From Patescibacteria group bacterium (GTDB lineage Bacteria; Patescibacteriota; Patescibacteriia; Patescibacteriales; UBA12465): 64,000 nucleotides of DNA. This document shows, piece by piece, positions 37,050 through 49,763 of this stretch. How positions within the stretch are numbered: the first letter of the stretch is position 1; every line of letters starts with the position of its first letter. The translations under genes and the position numbers were made by a program. A model generated the notes under the pieces. The model saw only the letters and a program-made list of their open reading frames with translations, had not been told where the DNA came from and did no database searches. The stretch is from contig JBMNFW010000001.1 in NCBI GenBank assembly GCA_050949525.1, forward strand, positions 65,078 to 129,077, read 5' to 3'.

Positions 37050-38576
37050 ATGTCTAATAAAGAACTCATAATTAATCAAATTAAAAAACAGATTAGTGAT
37101 TTTAAGCATGAAATTAAAGAGCAAACTATTGGTCGGGTTTTAAAGATTTCGGATGGTATTGCTTTAGTATCAGGTTTAACTGATGTTATGATGAGCGAAA
37201 TTTTAGTCTTTAAATCTGGTAATAAAGAAATTATGGGAGTAGTTTTAAACCTTGAAGAAGATGTAGTTGGAGCTATTATTTTTGATGATTTTACTATTAT
37301 TAAGGAGGGCGATGAGGTTTTATCAACTAAAAGAGTTTTAGAGGTTCCAGTGGGAGAAAATATTATTGGTCGAGTTCTTAATCCTCTTGGATTACCTTTA
37401 GATGGAGGTGAGGAATTAAGAGCTAAGGAATTTTATCCAGTAGAAAAAATTGCTCCTGGTGTTATTACTCGAGCTCCAGTTAAGGAACCATTACAGACTG
37501 GAATTAAAGCTATTGATGCTATGATTCCAATTGGTCGAGGACAACGAGAATTAATTATTGGTGATCGTCAAATTGGAAAAACTGCTATCGCTATTGATAC
37601 TATTATTAATCAAAAGGGACAGGGGGTTAAATGTATTTATGTTGGAATTGGACAAAAAGAATCAAAAGTAGCTAATATTGTGGCTAAGTTAAAAGATGCC
37701 GGAGCTATGGAATATACTACTGTTATTCTAGCGGGAGCTTCTAGTTCTGCTTCATTATTATATATTGCTCCTTATGCTGGTTGTGCTATGGCCGAATATT
37801 TTCTAGATAAGGGGGAAGATGTTTTAATTATTTATGATGATTTATCTAAACATGCTGCTGCTTATCGAGAATTATCATTGCTTTTGAAGCGAGCTCCAGG
37901 TCGCGAAGCTTATCCTGGAGATGTATTCTATCTTCATTCTCGATTATTAGAAAGAGCTTGTAAATTAAGTGATGATTTTGGTGGGGGGTCAATTACTGCT
38001 TTACCAATTATTGAAACTCAGGCTGGTGATCTTTCTGCTTATATCCCAACTAATGTTATTTCGATTACTGATGGTCAAATTTATTTAGAAACTGATCTTT
38101 TTTATGAGGGAACTCGTCCGGCTATTAATGCTGGTTTATCTGTTTCTCGGGTTGGAAGTAGTGCTCAGATTAAGGCCATGAAAAAGGTAGCGGGAAAAAT
38201 GCGTTTAGAGGCGGCTCAGTTTAGGGAATTAGCTGCTTTTACTCAATTTGGTTCTGACTTAGATGATGAAACTAAGAAAAAATTAGAGCGAGGACGAAGG
38301 TTAATGGAGGTTTTAAAGCAAGGTCAATATGAGCCAATGGAGGTAAGTGAGCAGGTAGTAGTTTTTTATTCCTTAGTTAATGGTTTAATGGATGATGTTC
38401 CAGTGAAAAAGGTGAGAGAATTTGAAAGTACTTTAATACATTATTTTAATAATACTGCGGTTAATGTTTTAGAGGAAATTAGAAAAGCTAAAGATTTAAA
38501 TGAAGATATTGAAGATAAAATTAAAAAGGCGGTTAATACCTTTAAAGAAGGTTTAGATTATTTAATTAAAGATTAA
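37050..38576 (+). CDS. atpA: F0F1 ATP synthase subunit alpha
   Basis: 508 aa. Walker A GDRQIGKT; [41 protein letters not shown]. Confidence 0.97.
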   Translation: MSNKELIINQIKKQISDFKHEIKEQTIGRVLKISDGIALVSGLTDVMMSEILVFKSGNKEIMGVVLNLEEDVVGAIIFDDFTIIKEGDEVLSTKRVLEVPVGENIIGRVLNPLGLPLDGGEELRAKEFYPVEKIAPGVITRAPVKEPLQTGIKAIDAMIPIGRGQRELIIGDRQIGKTAIAIDTIINQKGQGVKCIYVGIGQKESKVANIVAKLKDAGAMEYTTVILAGASSSASLLYIAPYAGCAMAEYFLDKGEDVLIIYDDLSKHAAAYRELSLLLKRAPGREAYPGDVFYLHSRLLERACKLSDDFGGGSITALPIIETQAGDLSAYIPTNVISITDGQIYLETDLFYEGTRPAINAGLSVSRVGSSAQIKAMKKVAGKMRLEAAQFRELAAFTQFGSDLDDETKKKLERGRRLMEVLKQGQYEPMEVSEQVVVFYSLVNGLMDDVPVKKVREFESTLIHYFNNTAVNVLEEIRKAKDLNEDIEDKIKKAVNTFKEGLDYLIKD

Positions 38577-38584
38577 TTTTTCTT

Positions 38585-39541
38585 ATGGCTAAAACCAAGG
38601 AAATACAACGAAGAATTAAATCGGTTAACAGTATTAAAAAGGTTACCCGAGCTATGGAGATGGTCGCAGCTTCTAAGATGAGACGCTCAGTCGAAGCTGT
38701 TTTAAAGACTCGAACTTATTCTAATTTAGCTTGGTTAACTGTTTTAAATATTGCTGGCTCTATTGAATCTAAAGAGGGTATTCATCCTTTATTAGATCCG
38801 CGTCCTCAGGCTAAGAAGGTGGCTATCATTTTAATTAGCTCTAATCGAGGTTTATGTGGTAGTTTTAATTCTAATATTATAAATAAGGCGGTTGATTCAA
38901 TAAAAAAACAAGGAAATTTAGATACCGATTTTATTTTAATTGGAAAAAAGGGCTTAGCAGTTAATAGTCGTTTCCAATATAATGTTTCAGCTGAATTTGA
39001 TAAGGAGGATTTTATTTCTGAAATTAAGGAGGTTCAGCCTATTGCTAAAATGGTTATTGATGATTTTTTAGCTAAGAAATATGATAAGGTTATGGTAGCC
39101 TATACTGACTTTATTAATTCAGTTAAACAAGTTCCTCGAGTTAAGCAATTATTACCAATAGAAATTGATTCTGATGATGAATATTTAGGTGTAGTTGGAA
39201 AAGGAGAGAATGTTTCTACTACTAAAACCTATATTAAATCTAAAGAAGATAAATATTTAAAAAGTGATAAATATCAATATGAATTTATTTATGAACCATC
39301 TCCTGATTTAGTTTTGGATCAAATGTTGCCACGATTGATTGAGGTTCAATTATTTCAAGCTTTATTAGAGTCTAATGCTTCTGAGCATAGTGTTAGAATG
39401 ACTTCTATGCATCAGGCTAGTGAAGCTGCGACTGAGTTGGTGGATGAATTGGTGCTTTATTATAATAAAGCACGTCAAGCAGCTATTACTTCGGAGATTT
39501 CCGAAATATCAGCTGGAGCTAATGCTTTAAATTCTAAGTAG
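38585..39541 (+). CDS. atpG: F0F1 ATP synthase subunit gamma
   Basis: 318 aa. N-terminal IQRRIKSVNSIKKVTRAMEMVAASKMRR and C-terminal helix ARQAAITSEISEI. Confidence 0.9.
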   Translation: MAKTKEIQRRIKSVNSIKKVTRAMEMVAASKMRRSVEAVLKTRTYSNLAWLTVLNIAGSIESKEGIHPLLDPRPQAKKVAIILISSNRGLCGSFNSNIINKAVDSIKKQGNLDTDFILIGKKGLAVNSRFQYNVSAEFDKEDFISEIKEVQPIAKMVIDDFLAKKYDKVMVAYTDFINSVKQVPRVKQLLPIEIDSDDEYLGVVGKGENVSTTKTYIKSKEDKYLKSDKYQYEFIYEPSPDLVLDQMLPRLIEVQLFQALLESNASEHSVRMTSMHQASEAATELVDELVLYYNKARQAAITSEISEISAGANALNSK

Positions 39542-39564
39542 TTTATAATATAATTTAAATATAA

Positions 39565-40962
<1,398 letters not shown>

Positions 40963-40975
40963 ATAAAGATTTAAT

Positions 40976-41413
40976 ATGTCAGAAGAAAAAATGATAAATT
41001 TTGAAATAGCTACTCCGGAAAGAGTTGTGTTTCGAGAGCAGGTTCGACAAGTTTCTGTTCCAACTTTGGATGGGGAAATAACTGTTTTACCACATCATTT
41101 ACCTTTGGTTTCAATTTTAAGTCCAGGGGTTTTGGAGTTAAAAAAAGCTGACAATTCTCTTGAAGTTATTTCTGTTTCTGGGGGATTTATTGAAGTGCTT
41201 CAAGATAAAGTTATTATTCTAGCTGATACCGCGGAAAGAGCTGAAGAGATTGACTTAGCTCGAGCTGAAGAATCTCGTAAGAGAGCTGAAGAATCACTTA
41301 GTAAGTTAAAAGATACCGATTCACTTGAGTTTAGTCGTTTGGCTTCTCAAATCGAAAAAGAGTTGGCTAGAAGTCGTTCGGTACGTAAGTGGCGTAATTT
41401 AAAAGGAAAATAA
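40976..41413 (+). CDS. atpC: F0F1 ATP synthase subunit epsilon
   Basis: 145 aa; beta-sandwich N-terminus plus helical C-terminus. Last gene of the operon. Confidence 0.85.
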   Translation: MSEEKMINFEIATPERVVFREQVRQVSVPTLDGEITVLPHHLPLVSILSPGVLELKKADNSLEVISVSGGFIEVLQDKVIILADTAERAEEIDLARAEESRKRAEESLSKLKDTDSLEFSRLASQIEKELARSRSVRKWRNLKGK

Positions 41414-41415
41414 AT

Positions 41416-41874
41416 ATGAGAAGAAAATATTTTTTAACAATATCTTTAATATTAGGGTTAATATTAACTCTTTCAGCTTGTTCCAAGAATCAAGTCGAAG
41501 AAATAATACCAGAAAGTGAAATAACTTCTTGTACTAGCCCTAGTGAGAAGGGCTGTGAGACTTGTTTAAGAGCTCATGAAGATGGATTTTGTGTTGAGTT
41601 ATCTTGGTCTGGGGGTGAAAATACCGAAATTGATCCTTGGTATAATGTTAATTCAGTTGTTTCTTGTGATTCTGATTTAATTCCTTGCGATAGTTGTTTA
41701 AAGAGAGATCAAGAAGATTTACAAGCTCTTTTAAGTAATACTAATTTTCAAGAATGTAATTGTGATAATATTATTTTAAAAGATTTGATCGATCCTTGTT
41801 TTATGCCGAGTAGTTGTGAGTGTTTGTGTCAGCGTTTTGATCATTTAAATAACGCTTGTCCTGATAATAATTAA
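41416..41874 (+). CDS. cysteine-rich lipoprotein (hypothetical)
   Basis: 152 aa. Signal peptide with lipobox LSAC. Mature part has >12 Cys (CTSPSEKGCETCL...CDSCL...CNCDN...CECLCQ). Confidence 0.6.
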   Translation: MRRKYFLTISLILGLILTLSACSKNQVEEIIPESEITSCTSPSEKGCETCLRAHEDGFCVELSWSGGENTEIDPWYNVNSVVSCDSDLIPCDSCLKRDQEDLQALLSNTNFQECNCDNIILKDLIDPCFMPSSCECLCQRFDHLNNACPDNN

Positions 41875-41895
41875 ATAAATTTATATATATAAAAA

Positions 41896-41920
41896 AACCT
41901 CCAAGATAGGAGGTTTTTTT
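41896..41920. terminator. bidirectional rho-independent terminator
   Basis: A7, stem cctcc/ggagg with 6-nt loop, then T7. Lies downstream of the lipoprotein gene (+) and of tRNA-Cys (-). Confidence 0.6.
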
Positions 41921-41923
41921 GTT

Positions 41924-42000
41924 TGGAGGTCCGAGTGGGATTCGAACCCACGAATAACAGTTTTGCAAACTGCAGTGTTAGACCGCTTCACCATCGGACC
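41924..42000 (-). tRNA. tRNA-Cys (anticodon GCA)
   Basis: Reverse complement GGTCCGATGGTGAAGCGGTCTAACACTGCAGTTTGCAAAACTGTTATTCGTGGGTTCGAATCCCACTCGGACCTCCA folds as a cloverleaf. 7-bp acceptor GGTCCGA/TCGGACC. T-arm GTGGG-TTCGAAT-CCCAC. Anticodon stem GCAGT/ACTGT with loop TTGCAAA (U33, GCA, A37). Encoded CCA. Confidence 0.8.
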
Positions 42001-42095
42001 ATTAATACTATAATAATATATATTAAAAAAAAATGCTATATTGACAGTATTAATCTATTATAGCATACTGAAGATAGTTCTTTAAAAATGAAAAT

Positions 42096-42632
42096 ATGAT
42101 ATGGATAACAATAACTTTAATAATTTTAAATAAATTATTAGGGGAAAAAAGACAAAAAAATATTAATGAAACCTTAAGTGCACCGAGGTTTCAAAAATTA
42201 AGAATTAAGAACCCTAAAAGGGTTCCAGCTCCTCAAGAAATTTTTTCTTGGATAGATTTAAAGTTCCAAGATTGGGATTGGCAAGAAGATTTTTTTATAA
42301 TCTATGAGGAGTATTATAAAGTTTATAATCTCAAACATGTGGCTCGAGCTCATGAGATGGTTGAGTCACTAAAGGAAGGGGACTTAAGGTCTTTAAGCTT
42401 AAGTCCAGCGGAATTCTTAATTTTCTGCCAAAAATATCTTAAATATATTAGGCAGAAAAGTTTTGGAGTCTTTTTCTTAGTGGAAAAAGACAGTGAACTA
42501 TATTTTATTTTAGTTGAAACTAGCTCCAAGGATCCAGCTATAATTCTATATCCATACGATTATTTTAATCGTTGGAACCATAGGTATGGATATAGACTGG
42601 TTCTTAGAGATCCAATCTCCTTGAAAAAATAG
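42096..42632 (+). CDS. hypothetical protein
   Basis: 178 aa, N-terminal hydrophobic segment, no recognisable motif. Located next to the tRNA gene. Confidence 0.45.
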   Translation: MIWITITLIILNKLLGEKRQKNINETLSAPRFQKLRIKNPKRVPAPQEIFSWIDLKFQDWDWQEDFFIIYEEYYKVYNLKHVARAHEMVESLKEGDLRSLSLSPAEFLIFCQKYLKYIRQKSFGVFFLVEKDSELYFILVETSSKDPAIILYPYDYFNRWNHRYGYRLVLRDPISLKK

Positions 42633-42666
42633 GAGATTTTTTATTTTTTAACTTAATTTACCTATC

Positions 42667-42726
42667 TTGACACTATTTTCTCTTGTGCTAAAATACTTAT
42701 TAGCAGTCAGGTGTCTTGATTGCTAA
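42667..42726 (+). promoter_or_regulatory. groESL promoter (TTGACA-16-TAAAAT) followed by a degenerate CIRCE (TTAGCAGTC-N9-GATTGCTAA)
   Basis: ttgaca 42667-42672; taaaat 42689-42694. CIRCE-like inverted repeat 42700-42726, two mismatches to consensus. Confidence 0.55.
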
Positions 42727-42799
42727 AGTAATTATTAATATTTAAGAGCTGAGTTATTAAATTATTTATAATAATTAATAATGGAGGCTATATTTTTTT

Positions 42800-43090
42800 A
42801 TGAAGTTAAGACCTTTAAACAATCATCTTATTGTTAAGGCTTCTTCTAAGGAGGAAGTTAGTAAATCTGGTATAGTTTTACCTGATACCATTGATCAAGA
42901 AAGGCCAGCTCAAGGAGAAGTTATTGCTGTTGGTCCCGGTAAGATGAATGATCAAGGACAACGAATTGAAATGACTGTTAAAGTCGGTGATCAAGTTGTT
43001 TTTAAAAAATATTCACCTGATGATATTAAAGTTGATGGTGAGGAATACTTAGTAATTAGCGAAAATGATGTTTTGGCAATTATTGAGTAA
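42800..43090 (+). CDS. groES: co-chaperonin GroES
   Basis: 96 aa. MKLRPLNNHLIVK...GIVLPDT...GEVIAVGPG. Confidence 0.95.
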   Translation: MKLRPLNNHLIVKASSKEEVSKSGIVLPDTIDQERPAQGEVIAVGPGKMNDQGQRIEMTVKVGDQVVFKKYSPDDIKVDGEEYLVISENDVLAIIE

Positions 43091-43097
43091 TTTATAA

Positions 43098-44750
<1,653 letters not shown>

Positions 44751-44763
44751 AAAGATTATTTAA

Positions 44764-44790
44764 AGAACCGCTTCAAGCGGTTCTTTTTTT
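44764..44790 (+). terminator. rho-independent terminator after groEL
   Basis: 8-bp stem agaaccgc/gcggttct with 5-nt loop, then T7. Confidence 0.65.
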
Positions 44791-44853
44791 AATTGCTAAG
44801 AATCTTTTTTTTTGTTAAAATGTTAGTATTATAATTAATTTTTTTAAAACTTT

Positions 44854-45804
44854 ATGTTTTGGCAAGTTGTTATTTTAATTGTTTCTTTAGTAGTTTTAGC
44901 GGTTTCAGCTAACTATTTAGTTAATGCCAGTATTAAGATTGCTCGTAAATGGGGGGTTTCCGAGATGTTTATTGGTTTAACTATCGTAGCTATGGGAACC
45001 TCGGCTCCTGAATTAGCGGTTTCAGCCTTTGCTGCTTTAAAAGGGCAAGGAGATTTATCGGTTGGAAATGTGATTGGCTCTAATATTTTTAATCTGGGAT
45101 TTATTTTAGGGATAGTAGCTATTATTACTCCTCAAATTATTCCTAAAAAAATGGTACGTCGTGATGGTATGGTTTTATTAGGGGTGACAGCTTTGATTTT
45201 TTTATTTATGTTAGATGGAAAAGTTGTTTTATGGGAAGGATTAGTCTTATTAGCGGCTTTAGTTAGTTATTTATCACTTCTTTTTATTAAAAAAGATGTT
45301 GAGACTGAGGAGGATAATGGTGAAAAGGCTAAACCAAAAGATTATTTAATTTTTTTAGTTAGTTTATTTTTCTTAATTAAGGCTTCTGATTTTACAGTTT
45401 CATCGGCTACTTATATCGCTAAGTATTTTGGTGTTTCCGCTTGGGCTATTGGAGCCACTATCGTAGCTGCTGGTACTAGTTTACCAGAATTAGCTACTTC
45501 AATTATTGCGACTTTAAAAAAGAAATTTGGTTTATCAATTGGTAATGTGATTGGTTCAGATATTTTTAATACCTTTGGTATAATTGGTATTAGTAGTGTG
45601 ATAGCTCCGATTAGTCTTAGTACCGAAGGAGTTATTTTAGGTATGTCAGCCCCTCTGTTTTCAGTAATATTATTAATGGCGACTTTAGTTTTGTTATTAA
45701 TTTTTATGCGAACCGGTTGGAAGCTTAGTCGACGAGAAGGGGCTGCGATATTAATAATTGCGATTTTAAGAATGGCTTTTGAAATTTATATTGGTAAAAG
45801 CTAA
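44854..45804 (+). CDS. Ca2+/cation antiporter (CaCA family, YrbG-like sodium/calcium exchanger)
   Basis: 316 aa, 10 TM. Two alpha-repeat signatures GTSAPELAVS and GTSLPELATS. Confidence 0.85.
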   Translation: MFWQVVILIVSLVVLAVSANYLVNASIKIARKWGVSEMFIGLTIVAMGTSAPELAVSAFAALKGQGDLSVGNVIGSNIFNLGFILGIVAIITPQIIPKKMVRRDGMVLLGVTALIFLFMLDGKVVLWEGLVLLAALVSYLSLLFIKKDVETEEDNGEKAKPKDYLIFLVSLFFLIKASDFTVSSATYIAKYFGVSAWAIGATIVAAGTSLPELATSIIATLKKKFGLSIGNVIGSDIFNTFGIIGISSVIAPISLSTEGVILGMSAPLFSVILLMATLVLLLIFMRTGWKLSRREGAAILIIAILRMAFEIYIGKS

Positions 45805-45813
45805 TATTTTATT

Positions 45814-46248
45814 ATGAATAAGCAAGATAAAATTGTCGTAGCTGTTAGTGGGTATTTTAATCCTCTTCATGTGGGTCATTTAGAGATGATTGAGAAAGCT
45901 AAAAAGCTCGGTGATTATTTAGTAGTGATTATTAACAATGATAATCAAGTTAAGATTAAGGGTAGTGTTCCTTTTATGTCAGAAGATGATCGAGTTAAAA
46001 TCATTTCAGCCCTAAGAGATGTGGATGAGGTTTTTTTATCAATTGATCAAGACTCAACAGTTTGTCAATCTTTAGCTCAAGTTAAACCTCATATTTTTGC
46101 TAATGGCGGAGATCGAAAAAATCTTAATGATGTTCCTGAATATGATATTTGTCAGGATTTAAATATTAAAATGGTGGATGGACTAGGGGATAAAATTCGT
46201 TCTAGCTCTACCTTAATTGCTAATGCCTCAATTACTAAAAAAGAGTAA
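45814..46248 (+). CDS. cytidylyltransferase-family protein (TagD / RfaE-domain-II-like, HxGH nucleotidyltransferase)
   Basis: 144 aa. VSGYFNPLHVGHLEMIEKAKKLGDYLVVIINND parallels glycerol-3-phosphate cytidylyltransferase [28 protein letters not shown]. Confidence 0.7.
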   Translation: MNKQDKIVVAVSGYFNPLHVGHLEMIEKAKKLGDYLVVIINNDNQVKIKGSVPFMSEDDRVKIISALRDVDEVFLSIDQDSTVCQSLAQVKPHIFANGGDRKNLNDVPEYDICQDLNIKMVDGLGDKIRSSSTLIANASITKKE

Positions 46249-47245
46249 TTTTAAAGTTTTATTTTTTTTACTTTTGTTGATAATTATAATTTTTATTGGT
46301 GTTTATAATACAAAGGTTAAAAAGAGTGTGGGTGGTAATGTAGAAAAAACTTTCTCGGTGGCGAATGGTCAGAATGCTACTCAAATTGCTCAAAATTTAA
46401 AAAAGGAAGGTTTAATTAATTCGACTTTCTTTTTTACACTTTATGTTGGTATAAATAAAAAGAGCGCTTCTTTTCAGGTGGGAGATTTTGATTTGAATAG
46501 TAGTATGAGTATAAAAGAGATTGTTCGAGATTTAACTGAAAAAAATATTTTAAAACCTGAAGAAAAAATTACTTTCATCGAAGGTTGGTCTTTAAAGGAT
46601 TATGATAAAGCTTTAAAGCAAAGTCGTTTATTAAATGTTGATAATTTTTTAGAATTAACTAAAAAAGATTATTCTAAACAGTTTTCTTTTTTAGCTGATA
46701 AGCCTTTATCTCATGATTTAGAAGGTTATCTTTTTCCGGATACTTATCGTTTTTTCTTAGATATTGAGGGTCAAGATTTAATTTTAAAAATTTTAAGTAA
46801 TTTTGATAAAAAACTTGATTCTCAAATGCGAGCTGATATTAAAGCTCAAGGAAAAACTATTTTCGAGATTGTTACTATGGCGTCTATTATTGAAAAAGAA
46901 GTTCGAAGTGAAAAAGATATGAAAATAGTGTCTGGTATTTTTTGGAATCGAATAAAAAATGGTCAAGCTTTAGAATCTTGTGCTAGTTTAGCTTATATAT
47001 TAGGTGTTAATAAGAGTCAGTATAGTTATGAAGATACTAGAGTTGATTCACCTTATAATACTTATCTTCATCGCGGTTTACCTCCAGGGCCAATTGCTAA
47101 CCCAGGACTTAAAGCTATTGAAGCTGCTATTTATCCACAAGAAACCAATTATAATTATTTTTTAACGGCCACTGAGAGTGGAAAAACCATTTTTAATGAA
47201 AGTTACGAACAACATTTAATTGATAAAAATAAATATATAAAATAA
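46217..47245 (+). CDS. mltG: endolytic murein transglycosylase MltG (YceG family)
   Basis: 342 aa. N-terminal membrane anchor. YceG signatures DTYRF and YNTYLHRGLPPGPIANPG. Tracked start overlaps the upstream gene by ~30 nt; the true start may be slightly downstream. Confidence 0.8.
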   Translation: MLMPQLLKKSNFKVLFFLLLLIIIIFIGVYNTKVKKSVGGNVEKTFSVANGQNATQIAQNLKKEGLINSTFFFTLYVGINKKSASFQVGDFDLNSSMSIKEIVRDLTEKNILKPEEKITFIEGWSLKDYDKALKQSRLLNVDNFLELTKKDYSKQFSFLADKPLSHDLEGYLFPDTYRFFLDIEGQDLILKILSNFDKKLDSQMRADIKAQGKTIFEIVTMASIIEKEVRSEKDMKIVSGIFWNRIKNGQALESCASLAYILGVNKSQYSYEDTRVDSPYNTYLHRGLPPGPIANPGLKAIEAAIYPQETNYNYFLTATESGKTIFNESYEQHLIDKNKYIK

Positions 47246-47251
47246 AAAACT

Positions 47252-49564
47252 ATGTCCGAGAATTTAAAAAAAGTTATTATTATTATCGTCTTTTTTATTA
47301 TCGTAGCTGGACTACCTTTGTTTTTTATTTTAAGAAAAAAAACCCCCAGCACTCCTAAGGCTGAAAATACAGCTCCGCCGGTGGAGCAGATGGAGGCTCC
47401 GGTTAATCCTTTAGAGTCCCTAATCGATTCTTCTCGCTTAATTGGCGGTTTACCTAGTAGTGATGAAAGAATTGAAGCTCTTTTCTTAGAGGGCGATGAG
47501 GATCATTTAATTGAATATATTTCTTTTTTGGATTTTTATAAAGAGCAACAAGATGATTTTGATTTGAATATTCCTTCTTATCAATTGCCTTTAAATGTTA
47601 AAACTGAGGTTTTAAATTATTATGATATTTCTCGAAAAATAAATTTAGATCCATATTTGGATCAGTTAAATAATGAGGGCTTTGCTTTGGTTAATAATCC
47701 CTTTGATTCGGGTAATTTTTATGATATTTATGCTGAATTATATCAAAGAGAGATTCCTTTATTAATTACTTCTGATTTTTTAATATATTACTATCAAACG
47801 ACTCTTAAAAAAGTTTTTAAAGATTTAGAGGAACATATTTTTTATGATAATCTTTGGGCTATTAATTATTTTTTATATAATCAAGCTCGAGAAAGATATG
47901 AGGAAAGTTTAGCTAGAATTGGACATGTTAATGATCGGGTATTGGAAGCGGAACGATTGTCAGCGGCCTATTTTGCTGTTTCTTTAGAGCTTTTAAAACC
48001 TCGGCCTGATCAGATTAATTCTGATAATAATATTGCTAACACAGCCTTTTTCTCCCCTTTTGAAGTTAGTAATTATACATTTGTACTTCCTGATTATTTA
48101 AAGGTTGATGTTGAGAGAGAGTTAGATTTAATTAAAGAAGCTCGACAGATGACCAAGTCGCCAGTTTTACTTTATCAGAGAAATTATCAAGATTTTAAAG
48201 TTCCTAATGAGTATAAATTTCATGCTAAGCTTTATAATTTTTATTTAACTACTAAATGGTTATCATCTAATTTTCCTTTATATTATCAGGGGGAGGATTG
48301 TCCTTCTTGTCAGTTGGATTTTGATGATTGGAGAATTAGTTTAATCACTGCTACTCGTATTGCTCAGGATATTTTTGATAGTTATCCGATCAAGAATAAA
48401 TGGGCGAGAATTTATAAAACACTAGCTTTTTTTAAGGGTTTGCGAGGGGATTTGACTTATGTTCATTATCGCGATGCTTTAGTATCATTATTTGGTGATG
48501 ATTATAATATTTCTGAAATTTTTGCTGATCAAAATCCGGAGGCTATTAATAATATGAGGCAGTTTAGGGATAAAGTTTTATCTTATGAATTCTCGGAGAT
48601 TGAGGGAGGTTTAAAGAAAGATTCTCGTAATCGAGATAAATTAGGAGTAAAAATGTTAACTGAGTTTTATTGGCCCAACGATTATATTTTTAGTAAGTTA
48701 TCTTATCCTCAGGTTTTAGCTTATCAGGGAGGAAGTCCAAGTAAAAGCAATATTACTTCTTGTCGTCTAGGTCGAAGTGGCGATAATCTTAGATGTAATG
48801 GTTTTTCTTTAGATATTATTGCTTTAATTAATCAAGATAGTCTCCTGAATAATGAATATTTTTTAGAAAATTCTAATTATGATCAATATCAATCTAGTTT
48901 AGATAAATTAAAGGAGGGATTATTTAAGTCATCTAACTTGTGGCATTATAATAATTATTGGAAGACTTTAAGTTTGATTAAAAATTATTTAACCGATCAG
49001 TATACTGATTTGCCGTTTACTAAAAATTTATCTTGGCCTAAGAAAGAGCTTCATACTGCTATTGGGGCTTGGATTGATTTACAATTAGCTCCTGATCAAT
49101 TAAAGGTATTTTTAAAGAACCATAAATTTTTAGCTCCGGATAGTGAGACTAATTTCGTCAATTTTAATTATATTGATCCACAGATTGCTTTGATTAATGA
49201 GCAGATCTCTAATACCGAAATGATTATTGAAATGTTTAATTTATTAAAAATATCAGAAGAATTGCGAACAGTAGCTATGAGCTTAGAGGATCTTCGATCT
49301 AATTTATCTAGGGTTAAGGAGATTATGGTTAAGGAATTACAGTCTATTCCTCTAAGTGTGAATGATTTGAATTTTATAAATTCTTTAGCTTTAGAATATC
49401 GCTTAGATCAAGCTGAAAATAAGGTTTTAAAAATTTTTGGAGAAAATAATAGATCTTTAAGTTATGATTTAGGAAAACCTAAATTAGTTGTGGTAATCAC
49501 CGGAAATGATGAAAAAAGAAGCTTTGCAGTTGGTCCAGCTTTCTCTTATATAGAGAGGAAGTAG
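47252..49564 (+). CDS. large hypothetical membrane-anchored protein (770 aa)
   Basis: N-terminal TM (VIIIIVFFIIVAGLPLFFIL), Pro-rich linker, then ~700 aa extracytoplasmic region with no motif I recognise. Confidence 0.6.
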   Translation: MSENLKKVIIIIVFFIIVAGLPLFFILRKKTPSTPKAENTAPPVEQMEAPVNPLESLIDSSRLIGGLPSSDERIEALFLEGDEDHLIEYISFLDFYKEQQDDFDLNIPSYQLPLNVKTEVLNYYDISRKINLDPYLDQLNNEGFALVNNPFDSGNFYDIYAELYQREIPLLITSDFLIYYYQTTLKKVFKDLEEHIFYDNLWAINYFLYNQARERYEESLARIGHVNDRVLEAERLSAAYFAVSLELLKPRPDQINSDNNIANTAFFSPFEVSNYTFVLPDYLKVDVERELDLIKEARQMTKSPVLLYQRNYQDFKVPNEYKFHAKLYNFYLTTKWLSSNFPLYYQGEDCPSCQLDFDDWRISLITATRIAQDIFDSYPIKNKWARIYKTLAFFKGLRGDLTYVHYRDALVSLFGDDYNISEIFADQNPEAINNMRQFRDKVLSYEFSEIEGGLKKDSRNRDKLGVKMLTEFYWPNDYIFSKLSYPQVLAYQGGSPSKSNITSCRLGRSGDNLRCNGFSLDIIALINQDSLLNNEYFLENSNYDQYQSSLDKLKEGLFKSSNLWHYNNYWKTLSLIKNYLTDQYTDLPFTKNLSWPKKELHTAIGAWIDLQLAPDQLKVFLKNHKFLAPDSETNFVNFNYIDPQIALINEQISNTEMIIEMFNLLKISEELRTVAMSLEDLRSNLSRVKEIMVKELQSIPLSVNDLNFINSLALEYRLDQAENKVLKIFGENNRSLSYDLGKPKLVVVITGNDEKRSFAVGPAFSYIERK

Positions 49565-49592
49565 TTGGGGATAAAATCTGTAAAACTATAGT

Positions 49593-49621
49593 TTGACAAG
49601 CTTTCTTTATTATTATATTAT
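49593..49621 (+). promoter_or_regulatory. candidate promoter (TTGACA plus AT-rich -10 region) upstream of rpoB
   Basis: ttgaca at 49593-49598 followed 14-17 nt later by tattat/atatta. ~140 nt leader before the rpoB ATG. Confidence 0.35.
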
Positions 49622-49763
49622 CTAATACATAAAAACTTAACTTTAATATAAAAGTGAATATTTATATTAAATAAACTTTTAACAGCTAAAAATCCGAACC
49701 AGCTATGGTTTTGGCATTTTTTTGTTGGGTCTTCTTTTTTATTAATAAAACTTAAATAAACTT

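Noticed and set aside
41875-42800. Integrated mobile element at the tRNA-Cys gene
   Set aside because: No integrase, no direct repeat of the tRNA 3' end and only one small hypothetical gene (42096..42632) between the tRNA and groES. Insufficient evidence.
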